DNA from: Armatimonadota bacterium
GTDB taxonomy: Bacteria > Armatimonadota > Fimbriimonadia > Fimbriimonadales > Fimbriimonadaceae
Length of the DNA: 64,000 bases
Assembly (NCBI GenBank): GCA_017303935.1
Contig: JAFLBD010000002.1
Coordinates: 786,784 to 850,783, forward strand
Direction: 5' to 3'
Part shown: positions 28,015 to 38,001 of the stretch, one piece after another
How positions within the stretch are numbered: position 1 is the first letter of the stretch
Layout of the letters: the number at the start of each line of letters is the position of its first letter
Made by a program: the position numbers and the translations under genes
The notes under the pieces: model-generated
The model's input: only the letters and a program-made list of their open reading frames with translations
What the model was told of the DNA's origin: nothing
Database searches by the model: none

Positions 28015-30098
28015 TGCAAAGCAAGTTTCGTATTGATGCGATGGATTGCCCCACTGAGGAAGGGATTATCAGGAATCGACTTGGCAGGATTCCTGAAGTT
28101 CAACAGATTGAGTTCGACTTAATGAATCGAACCCTCACGGTTGATCATTCGTTCGTGAACGAAGACCCAATCCTAAAGGCACTTTCTGAAGTCGGGATGA
28201 AGCCGAACAACCAATGTGAAGTTGGTTGCCCACCCAAGCGTCGCGTTACCCATGTAAAGGAAACACTTCTTCTTGGGCTTGCACTCTTTCTTGCCGTAAT
28301 GAGCGAGATTGTTGCTTGGACGACGGGTCAAGAGAAATCTTGGCTCGTCGTCGGGCTTGCCGCGATGGCGATGGTTCTCGGCGGAAAGGAGACCTTCGCC
28401 AAAGGAATCATTGCCGTCAAGACATTCACCCTTAACATCAATTTCCTCATGTGCCTTGCAGTCGTTGGAGCGATGATCATTGGATCGTGGCCTGAGGCTG
28501 CCATGGTCACCGTTCTGTTCGCAATCGCCGAGCGAATCGAATCCTACTCCTTGGATCGAGCCAGAAATGCCGTGCGAGCCTTGATGGAACTTGCACCTGA
28601 GAAGGCTTGGGTGCAAGATGCGACGGGACAGTGGACTGAGGTTCAGGCCTCTTCGGTTGCCGTAGGTCAACGCGTTCGGGTGAAGCCGGGCGAACGGATA
28701 CCATTTGACGGAGAAGTCGTACTTGGGCAAAGCGCGGTTAATCAGGCTCCAATCACGGGTGAGAGCTTGCCTGTAGACAAGGCTGTGGGAGACCAGCTTT
28801 TTGCTGGGACCATTAACGAACAGGGGATTCTTGAGTTCACGGTGACAGGAGATCGAGGAAACACGACTCTCGACCGCGTCATCAAAACGGTGCAGGAAGC
28901 GCAAGGGACTCGCGCTCCTACACAGAGGTTCGTTGACAACTTCGCTCGGTATTACACGCCGGTCGTCGTGGTGCTGGCATTGCTTGTTGCCGTCGTTCCA
29001 CTCGCCTTTGGCCAACCGTTCGAGCCGTGGCTCTACAAGGCTCTGGTTTTGCTCGTGATTGCCTGCCCGTGCGCTCTTGTTATCTCGACACCGGTGACAG
29101 TTGTCAGTGGATTAGCCTCCGCAGCGAAGCAAGGGATCCTCATCAAAGGTGGAGCCCACCTTGAGTCAGGCCGCACCCTGCGCATGATCGCTTTGGACAA
29201 GACGGGGACATTGACGCACGGAAAACCAAAAGTCACAGACTTCGTCATCTTGCACGACTACCCTCAGGAGAAGGCTCTCCAGATCGCGGCGAGTCTGGAT
29301 CATTTAAGCGGGCATCCAATCGCCAAGTCGATCACCGATCAATGGTCAGGTGCTCTTCTCGATGTCGATGGTTTCGAGTCGATTACGGGTCGGGGGGCGG
29401 TCGGCTCAATCGAAGGTGAAACATACATCATTGGTAACCATCGACTTGTGGAAGAGAGAGGGGTGTGCTGTGACCACGTGCACGTCGAACTTGAGCAGTT
29501 GCAGTCTGGCGGTAAGACAACCGTGGTTCTTGCCAACTCTAAAGAAGCGCTTGCCATCTTCGGAGTAGCGGACACCATACGACCGGAGAGCGTCGAAGCG
29601 ATCCAGCAGCTTCACGAACTCGGGGTCAAAGTCGCGATGCTTACGGGGGACAACGCGCAAATGGCGAAAGCAATCGCGGCTCAAGCGGGAATCGACGACG
29701 TACGAGCGGAGCTTCTTCCAGACGATAAGATGAGAGTCGTTGAGGAGTTCATCTCTGATTTCAAGGGTGTGGGCATGGTTGGTGATGGCGTCAATGATGC
29801 TCCAGCTCTTGCAAGAGCGACGGTCGGATTCGCGATGGGAACTGCGGGAACTGATACTGCTCTCGAAACCGCCGATGTTGCCCTCATGAAGGACGACCTA
29901 CGCAAACTTCCCAGCTACATCAGTCTCAGTCGAAAGACCGCAAGAGTCCTCTCCCAGAACATTTGCTTCGCGATCGGAATCAAGGTTGTGTTCTTCGCAC
30001 TTGCGATGACAGGCCATGCGACTCTGTGGATGGCAGTTTTTGCTGACATGGGAGCAAGTCTGCTTGTAGTCGGCAATGGGCTCCGCTTGCTGCGCTGA
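28011..30098 (+). CDS. P1B-type heavy-metal ATPase (Zn/Cd/Pb-like)
   Basis: Has [16 protein letters not shown] and GDGVNDAP. The N-terminal HMA-like domain carries MDCPTEEG instead of CxxC. Its start overlaps the czcA stop. Confidence 0.85.
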   Translation: MMQSKFRIDAMDCPTEEGIIRNRLGRIPEVQQIEFDLMNRTLTVDHSFVNEDPILKALSEVGMKPNNQCEVGCPPKRRVTHVKETLLLGLALFLAVMSEIVAWTTGQEKSWLVVGLAAMAMVLGGKETFAKGIIAVKTFTLNINFLMCLAVVGAMIIGSWPEAAMVTVLFAIAERIESYSLDRARNAVRALMELAPEKAWVQDATGQWTEVQASSVAVGQRVRVKPGERIPFDGEVVLGQSAVNQAPITGESLPVDKAVGDQLFAGTINEQGILEFTVTGDRGNTTLDRVIKTVQEAQGTRAPTQRFVDNFARYYTPVVVVLALLVAVVPLAFGQPFEPWLYKALVLLVIACPCALVISTPVTVVSGLASAAKQGILIKGGAHLESGRTLRMIALDKTGTLTHGKPKVTDFVILHDYPQEKALQIAASLDHLSGHPIAKSITDQWSGALLDVDGFESITGRGAVGSIEGETYIIGNHRLVEERGVCCDHVHVELEQLQSGGKTTVVLANSKEALAIFGVADTIRPESVEAIQQLHELGVKVAMLTGDNAQMAKAIAAQAGIDDVRAELLPDDKMRVVEEFISDFKGVGMVGDGVNDAPALARATVGFAMGTAGTDTALETADVALMKDDLRKLPSYISLSRKTARVLSQNICFAIGIKVVFFALAMTGHATLWMAVFADMGASLLVVGNGLRLLR

Positions 30099-30456
30099 CG
30101 AATTGCTAGGTCGGAGACGTGTTCGGTCCGCACGAACAGTCCTGGACCGTCCCACTTGGAGAACTCCGCCTGGACTCGCCCCTTGATTCGACATATTAAC
30201 GAGACCTTTGCGTCCTTCACCACGGCGGCGACTCGTCAATTAAGAAACACTATTCCTCCGAAAGGAGGCGATGTTGTCACTGCCGTTCTTCCTTGCCACG
30301 GCATCATAACAGAGAGCTATAGGGAAAGTAGCTTGTCGCCTCTGAATAGCGCTCAACAGCTGTCAGAGGCGACGCCCTCCGTGGTCGTAGAGAGACCTTT
30401 GAGAGACCAAACACCTCCTACCAAACCCTACTCCCACACTTTTAGATTCAAAAACT

Positions 30457-30597
30457 TGGCGGCCCCGGGGAGATTCGAACTCCCGACTCACTCCTTAGGA
30501 CTGACATTTTCTAGGTTCAATGACGCTAGGCACTTGTCCGCCGTTGAACCTAAATGACCGCCGTCTTCCGCCGCGTTGGAGAGACCTTGGAGAGACC
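30457..30597 (-). ncRNA. 141-nt tRNA-like element, copy 2
   Basis: Same length and same ends as copy 1. The T stem is GGGAG/CTCCC, which is compensatory relative to copy 1. Confidence 0.5.
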
Positions 30598-30672
30598 TGG
30601 GGCGAGACCCTCTAGCCATTCTCAATAAGCGAAATCGGTAAAGCTCAGTTCTAACCGCGAACACACGGCAAC

Positions 30673-32922
30673 CTAAGCTGTTCGTCCATCAAAGCTGCGG
30701 AGTCTCAATGAGTTTAGGATGACCGAAACGCTGCTGAACGCCATCGCACCAGCTGCCAACATTGGGCTGAGAAGGCCCAGGGCCGCCAGGGGGATCATAA
30801 CGACGTTGTAGACGAATGCCCAAAACAGGTTCCACTTGATTGTTGAAAGGGTAGCGCGTGCAAGGCGGATAGCCTGCGCGACGCCGCGAAGATCTGATCG
30901 AAGAAGGGTTACTCCAGCGGTCTCCATTGCAACATCCGTCCCGTGGCCCATCGCTATACCAAGGTCAGCTTGGGCCAGGGCTGGCGCATCGTTGATTCCG
31001 TCTCCCACCATGCCCACGCGGCCTGCGACTTGGTATTTGCGGACGAATTCGGCTTTATCTTGAGGTAGCACCTGAGCTTCCACTCGCTCAACTCCTACTT
31101 GATTCGCAACGGCAGCAGCGGCCCTGAGGTTGTCTCCAGTCACCATGACTGGCTCCACACCAATTTGTTTCAGCAGCCGAATAGCCTCAGCACTATAATC
31201 TCCAACCACGTCGGAAACGGCGAGCACAGCGTAGTTAACGCCTGTCTGAAGAACAAAAACAGTCTTACCCATAGACTCAAGCTCTTCAAAGGTCTGGCGA
31301 ACGTCTTCAGGGATCGCTGCCAACTCTGCGACCCATGAGAGTTTGCCGATTACTGCCATCTCCCCGGACAGGGTCCCTTTCACTCCATTACCACGAATCG
31401 CTTCGAAGTTTTCAAGCTGAGGGATGGCTAAGGCTAGGTCTTTAGCTTTCTTCACAACCGCTCGTGCAATCGGATGTTCGCTTTGAGACTCCAGCGCAGC
31501 TGCAACGGCCAGAGCTTCTTGATCACCCCAGGTTCCGGAAATGACAATGTCGGTGAGGTGAGGTTTGCCTTGTGTTATTGTTCCCGTCTTATCGAGCAAA
31601 ACCGTTTTGATGCTGCCAGCCCTTTCGAGAGCCTCGCCATCCTTTACAAGGATGCCCAGTTCAGCACCTCTTCCTGTTCCGACCATGAGTGCGGTCGGAG
31701 TGGCCAAGCCAAGGGCGCAGGGACAAGCGATAACAAGAACCGCCACGGCAGCCAAGATGCCCGGTTCAACTCCGCGTCCCGATACTGCATAAACAAGGAC
31801 AGTTAGGACAGCAATTCCAATAACGGTTGGCACAAACACCGACGACACTTTGTCGGCGAGACCCTGTAGTGGGGCCCGAGAGCCTTGAGCTCGCTGCACC
31901 ATAGACGCAATCTGGGCGAGCATCGTTTCAGAACCAACGTGCGTCGCTCTGAACAAAAATGAACCTTGATCATTCACCGTTCCACCAGTTACAGAGTCTC
32001 CAGTCTTCTTACTAACGGGAACCGGCTCACCAGTCACCATTGACTCATCTACGAACGATTCTCCCTCGGTGACGATTCCATCAACCGGAACGCGCTCCCC
32101 TGGTCTAACTCGTATGATCATGTCCTGTAGCACCTGCGTGAGCGGCATCTTCTGTTCCGAACCATCTGGATTAACAACGCTTGCCTCCTTTGGTGCGAGG
32201 TCCATGAGCTTCCGGATTGAGTCCGACATGCGAGACTTCGCTCTTGCTTCGAGATATCTGCCGAGCAATACAAGCAGAACAATCACAGCTCCGGTTTCAT
32301 AATAGATGTGCTCGCTCTGCATGTGACTATGGCCCCGGTGTGCAATGAGCGAGTAAGTCGAGTAAATCCAGGCCGCGCCAGTTCCCATCGCGACTAATGT
32401 GTCCATGGTCGTATTTCTATGGCGAAGGGCCTTAGCCGCCACAGCGTAAAACTGACGACCGCACCAGAAGATGGCGGGCGTCCCCAGAAGCAGAAGGCCC
32501 CAGTTTGCCCACTCTGCTCGGGGATGCCAGAACATAGAAACGAGGACGAGTGGAACCGTGAGTAAGCCGGAAATCCACAGGTTGGCCCGCATCTTCGCAA
32601 GTTCTCCCTCTGACTCGACTCGTAGATGTTCTGCGTGTTCGGACGCGGAATGTCCCGCGTGAGGATCATTCTCGACGAGCTTTGCCGTGTACCCGGCCCC
32701 CTCCACCGCGTCCAGCAACTGCGTTTTTTCGAGAGCGATGTCATGCCGAACGGTTGCATGGTGAGTCGCAAAGTTGACTACCGCCGATTCGACACCTCCC
32801 TTCTTGACCAGCGCGTTTTCGACGCGCCGAACACAGGAGGCACACGTCATGCCCTTGATAGATATCGCAGTTTCTACGATTTGCTCTTGATCGTGGATAT
32901 GAGCCGGTTGACTGTTATTCAT
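30673..32922 (-). CDS. copA: Cu(I)-translocating P1B ATPase CopA
   Basis: Has [29 protein letters not shown] and GDGINDAP. Confidence 0.9.
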   Translation of the reverse strand: MNNSQPAHIHDQEQIVETAISIKGMTCASCVRRVENALVKKGGVESAVVNFATHHATVRHDIALEKTQLLDAVEGAGYTAKLVENDPHAGHSASEHAEHLRVESEGELAKMRANLWISGLLTVPLVLVSMFWHPRAEWANWGLLLLGTPAIFWCGRQFYAVAAKALRHRNTTMDTLVAMGTGAAWIYSTYSLIAHRGHSHMQSEHIYYETGAVIVLLVLLGRYLEARAKSRMSDSIRKLMDLAPKEASVVNPDGSEQKMPLTQVLQDMIIRVRPGERVPVDGIVTEGESFVDESMVTGEPVPVSKKTGDSVTGGTVNDQGSFLFRATHVGSETMLAQIASMVQRAQGSRAPLQGLADKVSSVFVPTVIGIAVLTVLVYAVSGRGVEPGILAAVAVLVIACPCALGLATPTALMVGTGRGAELGILVKDGEALERAGSIKTVLLDKTGTITQGKPHLTDIVISGTWGDQEALAVAAALESQSEHPIARAVVKKAKDLALAIPQLENFEAIRGNGVKGTLSGEMAVIGKLSWVAELAAIPEDVRQTFEELESMGKTVFVLQTGVNYAVLAVSDVVGDYSAEAIRLLKQIGVEPVMVTGDNLRAAAAVANQVGVERVEAQVLPQDKAEFVRKYQVAGRVGMVGDGINDAPALAQADLGIAMGHGTDVAMETAGVTLLRSDLRGVAQAIRLARATLSTIKWNLFWAFVYNVVMIPLAALGLLSPMLAAGAMAFSSVSVILNSLRLRSFDGRTA

Positions 32923-33110
32923 TGCTGCCTTACCTGATAGCCTTGTTCGACAACTGCTTCAATTGCGGCCCGCACTTCGACTCCACTAACTTCGACTTCG
33001 CCCGATTGCAGGTTGACGCTGACATCAGTTGCGCCTGGAATCGATTCGAGTGCCTCGCGCACGTGGCGGACGCAGTTTTGGCAAGTCATTCCTTCAACGA
33101 TTAGTTTCAT
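32919..33110 (-). CDS. copZ: CopZ copper chaperone (HMA domain)
   Basis: 63 aa with MTCQNC. Its stop overlaps the copA start, and AAGGAG lies 13 nt upstream of its own ATG. Confidence 0.85.
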   Translation of the reverse strand: MKLIVEGMTCQNCVRHVREALESIPGATDVSVNLQSGEVEVSGVEVRAAIEAVVEQGYQVRQQ

Positions 33111-33118
33111 TTGGGTTT

Positions 33119-33134
33119 ATACTCCTTGGGGTAT
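33119..33134. promoter_or_regulatory. putative CsoR operator ATACTCCTTGGGGTAT in front of copZ
   Basis: A pseudo-palindrome of the ATACCC...GGGTAT type. It overlaps the copZ ribosome-binding site, so part of the similarity could be due to the SD sequence. Confidence 0.4.
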
Positions 33135-33427
33135 TAGGTTTTCACGAGACGCTTCAACACGTCTTCTAGCTCTTCGAAAAGCTCTTGTTCTGACATCGTG
33201 CGCGCTGTCGCATGGGCATGCACGCTATCTCGGTTCGCGATGCAGTGGCGAATGTGCTGGGTAGCTACTGCCGCTGAAACTTGATTCAAAGCGGCAGAAA
33301 CTGCGCTGACCTGAGCGATCACGTCGCAGCAATAAGCGTCTTCGGAGAGGAGTTTTCGCAAACCGCGGACTTGCCCTTCTATGCGGGCAAGCCTGCGGTC
33401 AATGCGGGATCGGCTTTCTTCGTTCAT
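33134..33427 (-). CDS. csoR: CsoR/RcnR-family metal-sensing repressor
   Basis: 97 aa with IEGQVRGL, YCCDVIAQ and HIRHC ligand positions, typical of DUF156/CsoR. Confidence 0.85.
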   Translation of the reverse strand: MNEESRSRIDRRLARIEGQVRGLRKLLSEDAYCCDVIAQVSAVSAALNQVSAAVATQHIRHCIANRDSVHAHATARTMSEQELFEELEDVLKRLVKT

Positions 33428-33443
33428 GAACCTACACTATCTT

Positions 33444-33459
33444 ATACCCCTATGGGTAT
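33444..33459. promoter_or_regulatory. putative CsoR operator ATACCCCTATGGGTAT upstream of csoR
   Basis: A 16-nt near-perfect palindrome lying 17-32 nt upstream of the csoR ATG. Confidence 0.5.
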
Positions 33460-33476
33460 CAAGTAGTTCCCGAATC

Positions 33477-34241
33477 CTAGAATCCTACTGAATAGCCGAT
33501 AGCGAAGCGCACCGAAGACTTCGCTCGCCCTTTGGTTTCGAAGACATCCGACTCGATGCCAAAGTCCAGAACTGACCTCACTCCTACTTGCTGTCGGATC
33601 CCTAAGCCTACGCTTCCAACCCAGTCGCGCGAACGATCCCGAGACTGTTCCATGGAGAACTGAGCTACTAGCGTGCGGTCAAACTGCGTGGGATAGCCAA
33701 GGGGCTTGGTGTACCCGACAGTGATTCCTGCTGTTGTCTGACGCTCATCCATGATGCGAGCGGTCGAGGTCATCACGTCCAGGTTGAGATGGATTTTGTC
33801 GTACTGACCAACCGTTTTGGTGAGAATTCCGCGAGCGCGGACTTCCACTCCCTTTGAACCTGTGCCAGTGGGTAGGCCCACATCGAGTCGATATGCAAGT
33901 GCAGGCTGATCATCTATCTCTCTACGTAACCCGTTGAAGTACGATAACTCGACGTTTCCGAAGTCACCTCGACGATTGCTTGTCGAGTAGCTAGGTTCAA
34001 AGCCAATACCAATGTCTTGGTTTTTTGCAAAACCGTATTTGTACTCCGTCTTTAGACCGTACTTTGGGCTGGACCGTCTGAAGGTATCAAGTGTGAACCC
34101 TGTTTCGAAGGCTCTTTCTCGGTAAGCGATAGAGTAAGCATCGTCAAATCTCAGCGGTCGTCCTGAATCCACGTTGTTATGGTCAACCGCTAAAACCACA
34201 CTCGCGAGGAGGCCTGTCGCAATGACGGATATGAGTCTCAC
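33477..34241 (-). CDS. outer membrane beta-barrel protein (small porin/MetA-pathway-like), unknown substrate
   Basis: 254 aa with a signal peptide, alternating amphipathic strands and a C-terminal ...GYSVGF. Confidence 0.6.
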   Translation of the reverse strand: MRLISVIATGLLASVVLAVDHNNVDSGRPLRFDDAYSIAYRERAFETGFTLDTFRRSSPKYGLKTEYKYGFAKNQDIGIGFEPSYSTSNRRGDFGNVELSYFNGLRREIDDQPALAYRLDVGLPTGTGSKGVEVRARGILTKTVGQYDKIHLNLDVMTSTARIMDERQTTAGITVGYTKPLGYPTQFDRTLVAQFSMEQSRDRSRDWVGSVGLGIRQQVGVRSVLDFGIESDVFETKGRAKSSVRFAIGYSVGF

Positions 34242-35779
34242 CGGCTTCCTCCCGTGGTCGGCTCAGGACGGTATGGGTTAGGTCGGTCAATCTTTCTGTA
34301 TGTGTCTGGCGTGCCCCGGTTGATTTGAGCCCACGCATCTAAAGAGAGCGGCTTCGATTGGGCGAGATCAGGATTTTCTCTGACAAACTGGTCAAAGGCC
34401 GATTTTGATGTAAACGCTCTTGACCATGCACTGCATTCTGGATGCTCCCCGAACTCCTCAAGGAACACAACTCCCGGAATGTTGCTTGTTAGAATTCCTT
34501 CCTCGTCTGAGATTAGAACAAGGATTCGTGACGGATCCTCCGTTGCGGCTCGAATGATTGCTCGTCCAGGAGTTTCTGCCGCCATGTCACGAGCACACAT
34601 GAGGCATCGAACGAGCATAGTCCACCCGTCTGCAGTGACGGTGGCCCCCCACATCGGCCCATCGGGCAAAGGAATCGAACAATGTGCACAAACACTCATG
34701 TCCATCCATCCCATCCCCGACATATACATCACATCGTCTTCCATCCCCCTCATAAACCCCATACCTGGGGTGCTGGTTGGGTGTCGATGATCATGTAGGG
34801 AACCTGGTACATCTTCGCCCGAGCCCGGTTCGTGTCCTTTGTGCGTTGAAGAGAGCACGCGATATATCGCAATCTTCACCTGTTCTTGTCTCTGCTTTTC
34901 GGTCAGTTCCTCTGCCGCCAAAATGTCATTGACGTTGTCGTGAAGCATGTGCAGGTTATCGAATGCGTTAGCGATCATGGGGAAACGCTTTGAGAACCGT
35001 GGGCTCATTTCAGCCGTCATCGGCATGAAGTCCCGCATCCGGTAGAGTTCGGTGGTTCGATACTGCGATCCTAGAACGCTATACTGAGCCGCTTGATCCT
35101 GCACCGGGACACGAAAGAGCATGTCGTAGTTTACGGTCTGGAGCCAGTGGTATCCCCAGAACAGTCCGTTAACCTTTGGATAGTTACTCCGAAAGCGACC
35201 AGAGAATGGAAATGAGTCAAGGTACTCCATGTTCATGGGCAGCCCCGTGATGGCATAGGGTTGCGCCGAGTAAAAGCTCCATAAACGCTCGATTTCCGCC
35301 TCTTTCTGAGCATCGCTCCAACCCGGATGCATCAAGACATCGATGGTTTGGAAGTGTAGTATGTGGGCCCAATCAAAGACTTTTTCGAGGTACCCGTACT
35401 TTCTGACAAATGTCGGAGATAGAGCCGCTTCATCGACTGGTATTCGAGGTGGTTTCTGGAGGACTCGGTCAATCGTTTCAAACACCTTCGTCTCAAGCTG
35501 TGCCTTCCGACCTGTAACTAGAGCCTCGTACGCCATCGCGTGGCCAACTCCCGTTCCGTACATGTCTTGGGCAAACGGTGGAATGCGTTCAATTGCCCAG
35601 TTGTATGGGGCAGCTTTGTAGAAAAGATGATCCGCGCCGGGGGAACTGATCCATCGGGGCAAATCTGAGGGCATGGTCGGTAGAGTTCCTGAACGTGTAG
35701 GCTGGTGACCGCCATGGTCTTGTGCGACAGCCATCGTGACCGATGTCAGTGCGACGAAAAGTAGAAGTGTGTTTCGCAT
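34238..35779 (-). CDS. secreted Met/His-rich protein with a C-terminal CxxC...CxxC domain, unknown family
   Basis: 513 aa with a signal peptide. Contains HDHRHPTSTPGMGFMRGMEDDVMYMSGMGWMDM, then CAHC...CLMC...ECSAWSRAFTSKSAFDQF. Its stop overlaps the OMP start. Confidence 0.6.
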   Translation of the reverse strand: MRNTLLLFVALTSVTMAVAQDHGGHQPTRSGTLPTMPSDLPRWISSPGADHLFYKAAPYNWAIERIPPFAQDMYGTGVGHAMAYEALVTGRKAQLETKVFETIDRVLQKPPRIPVDEAALSPTFVRKYGYLEKVFDWAHILHFQTIDVLMHPGWSDAQKEAEIERLWSFYSAQPYAITGLPMNMEYLDSFPFSGRFRSNYPKVNGLFWGYHWLQTVNYDMLFRVPVQDQAAQYSVLGSQYRTTELYRMRDFMPMTAEMSPRFSKRFPMIANAFDNLHMLHDNVNDILAAEELTEKQRQEQVKIAIYRVLSSTHKGHEPGSGEDVPGSLHDHRHPTSTPGMGFMRGMEDDVMYMSGMGWMDMSVCAHCSIPLPDGPMWGATVTADGWTMLVRCLMCARDMAAETPGRAIIRAATEDPSRILVLISDEEGILTSNIPGVVFLEEFGEHPECSAWSRAFTSKSAFDQFVRENPDLAQSKPLSLDAWAQINRGTPDTYRKIDRPNPYRPEPTTGGSR

Positions 35780-35822
35780 ATAAGTCTCCTGGAAGAGAGG
35801 GCCAAAAGTGGCCCTCCAATTG

Positions 35823-36305
35823 CTAGTTCTTCGCCACCTCCGCGAGGAATTGGTCGAGGGTCAGGGCCTTTGCGCCTTCCGATGGGTTCTTCTTGATGTA
35901 AGCATCGAAGGCCGCCTTGCTACTGAATGCTCGAGAAAGAGCGGCGCAATCCTTGTGCTTCTTGAATGTGTTCAAAAACACTGCGCCTTCTGGCGCACTC
36001 CATTTACCACCCGTCCTCTTGAGAATGACGGGTGCCCCCACTTTCTCACTTGGCGAGTAGACCACGAGGTCGCCCTTGTACCGCTTCTGATCCTTAATGA
36101 CGCAATAGAGGCATCGGTACTCGATTCGCTTGTTGCCGACCTTAACGACGACTTCGTTGTCTTGCTCCTTCGTGTTTTGCACGAGTTTGAGCTTGCAGTA
36201 GGGGCAATCGGCTTCGTGAGCCGACGCGATGGAGGTCATGCCCATCGCGCCGACCACGGCGAGAAGAGCGAGGGATTTCGAGAGGGTGTTGAGGATGTTT
36301 TTCAT
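35823..36305 (-). CDS. secreted protein sharing the CxxC...CxxC...C(A/S)ALSRAF domain
   Basis: 160 aa with a signal peptide. Contains CPYC...CLYC...DCAALSRAFSSKAAFDAY, which aligns with the C-terminus of the 513-aa protein. Confidence 0.6.
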   Translation of the reverse strand: MKNILNTLSKSLALLAVVGAMGMTSIASAHEADCPYCKLKLVQNTKEQDNEVVVKVGNKRIEYRCLYCVIKDQKRYKGDLVVYSPSEKVGAPVILKRTGGKWSAPEGAVFLNTFKKHKDCAALSRAFSSKAAFDAYIKKNPSEGAKALTLDQFLAEVAKN

Positions 36306-36396
36306 TTGATTTTCCTTTTGGTTCTGGCGGCGAGCCGCTTCACGCTATGTTCAACAAAGGTGAAGGGCCCGCCACGTTGTTTGTGTGTCTTTCGAC

Positions 36397-36705
36397 CTAA
36401 GCGACCACCCCCGAGAGGGACTTGGCGCAGGCGCGGCAAGCTTCGGCGCAAGCCACACAATGGGCATTGTCCTGATGACGCTCGCATTCTTCGGCGCAGG
36501 CCTTGCAGGTTTCCGCGCAGGCTTCGCAAAGAAGGTGGGAGCCGTTCTTCATCTCGGCGGAGCAGCGGTCGCATTCGTCGCGGCACTCCTCGCAGAGCGA
36601 CGTACACGCTTCCATGCCGGGCATGTCGCGGCAGGCGTCTGCGCAAGTTTGACAGTGCGAAGCGCAAGCCTCGCAGGATTCGATGATGTTCTTATGGTCG
36701 TGCAT
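36397..36705 (-). CDS. Cys-rich four-helix-bundle protein (DUF326/Csp copper-storage-like), cytosolic
   Basis: 102 aa with 19 Cys in a CxxC/CxxxC heptad-like pattern and no signal peptide. Confidence 0.7.
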   Translation of the reverse strand: MHDHKNIIESCEACASHCQTCADACRDMPGMEACTSLCEECRDECDRCSAEMKNGSHLLCEACAETCKACAEECERHQDNAHCVACAEACRACAKSLSGVVA

Positions 36706-36713
36706 AGTTTTGT

Positions 36714-37121
36714 TTACTCCGCGATGATCGCGTAGGTCTTGAAATCACTGGTCATGGGCGGCTCCTCGCCGCGCTGCTTGTACGCCCGAAGGTCTTCGAA
36801 GGCGCGTTTATGGCCTTCGTGAAACTGCGGGGAGCCCACCCAGGCTTTGAAGCTGTCTTCGTCCGTCCAAAAGCTCACGACCAAATACGGCTCGTTAACT
36901 TCGGTACAGCGCAACACCTTCATGCCGAGGAATCCGGGCATGTTGTCGATCATGCGAGCGCGGCTGCAGAAGAGGCATTCGAAGCGCTCCTTGTAGTCCG
37001 GCTTGCACGCAATGTAGTTGATCGCGACGAATCCCGCACGCGCGGCCGATTCGGCATCGATGCCGGTTTGCGCGCGGGCTTCCGCGATAGGGCAGGTCAT
37101 AGGTTCTTTGTTTTCGTTCAT
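36714..37121 (-). CDS. ABM (antibiotic biosynthesis monooxygenase / IsdG-like) domain protein
   Basis: I chose the start at MNENKEP (ATG 37121). Contains FLGMKVLRC...YLVVSFWTDEDSFKAWVGSPQFHEGH, typical of the ABM fold. Confidence 0.6.
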   Translation of the reverse strand: MNENKEPMTCPIAEARAQTGIDAESAARAGFVAINYIACKPDYKERFECLFCSRARMIDNMPGFLGMKVLRCTEVNEPYLVVSFWTDEDSFKAWVGSPQFHEGHKRAFEDLRAYKQRGEEPPMTSDFKTYAIIAE

Positions 37122-37126
37122 GGTGG

Positions 37127-37792
37127 CTATCCAGGGATCGTCGCGGAAATCGTCTCGCTGATGGGGCCGGCCTCTCCTTTCGAGTTGGCCCATCGCAAGA
37201 CAAAGTGGGCGGTTTGGTTGGCATCTTCGCCGTCGAACTGAGCCGTGTAGGGCGATCGTGTGTCGAGGGCGAGGAACGTGCATTCGCTCAGATCGGTCGG
37301 CGCGACGCCGCCGATCTTGACCCAAACTTCGCAGCCGAAGACTCCGGCGGGCTTGGCCCGGTTTGTGGGCGAAAGCTCGTCCACGAAGGCGACCGTGATG
37401 CGAAGGCGCTGAGAAGTATTGGCCGAACCGACTGGCCTCGATGTCGGGACGCCAATCGGGCTACGAGTTTTGTCGCGAACCGGAATGCCAAGGGCTTCCC
37501 GCTCTGGGTCGCTGACCGATGCGCTGGCTTGCAGGCGGTTTACGAGGGCGCGAATCGCGGCTTCATAGGCCAGTCGGTTGGCGTCCTTGAGCTGCCGGGC
37601 AGCCTGGGCCGCCGCCTGCGTGGTGATATGGGCCGAATAGCTGCTGGTCCAAGCGGTCTGCGCCGTCACAAGCGGAGCGAGATCGCCAGCAACCAGGCCA
37701 AGGCCAGCCAAGTTCGCATTGGCGTACGTCACTAGGTTGGTCTGCCACGAGTTGAACTGGGCATCCGATGCGGGTAAATAATCGTCAGGCAT
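37127..37792 (-). CDS. hypothetical protein, no recognisable family
   Basis: Start taken at ATG 37792, which is preceded by GGAGGA 8 nt upstream. 221 aa with no signal peptide. Confidence 0.5.
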   Translation of the reverse strand: MPDDYLPASDAQFNSWQTNLVTYANANLAGLGLVAGDLAPLVTAQTAWTSSYSAHITTQAAAQAARQLKDANRLAYEAAIRALVNRLQASASVSDPEREALGIPVRDKTRSPIGVPTSRPVGSANTSQRLRITVAFVDELSPTNRAKPAGVFGCEVWVKIGGVAPTDLSECTFLALDTRSPYTAQFDGEDANQTAHFVLRWANSKGEAGPISETISATIPG

Positions 37793-38001
37793 ATTTTTTC
37801 TTCCTCCGATATCGCTGGCTTCTCCAACGATGTCCGGGACTGGATCAATAAAGTCGCGGCTCATAAGCTCAACCTCGTTACTCCAATCTTCAACCTCGTT
37901 GGTTGAGCTAGCGATGTAAGCGAGCGGCCCCTTGAACTCACTGAGTGGATCAATGAGGCTGCGGGGGAACACAGCGAATCTTGAGGCCGCACGGTCATGG
38001 T

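Noticed and set aside
35808-36686. 292-aa plus-strand ORF and 121-aa minus-strand Arg-rich ORF (36302..36667) over the Csp-like region
   Set aside because: These are frame artefacts of GC-rich Cys/Ala codons. They overlap two well-supported minus-strand genes (35823..36305 and 36397..36705), and their products are Arg/Pro-rich and low in complexity.
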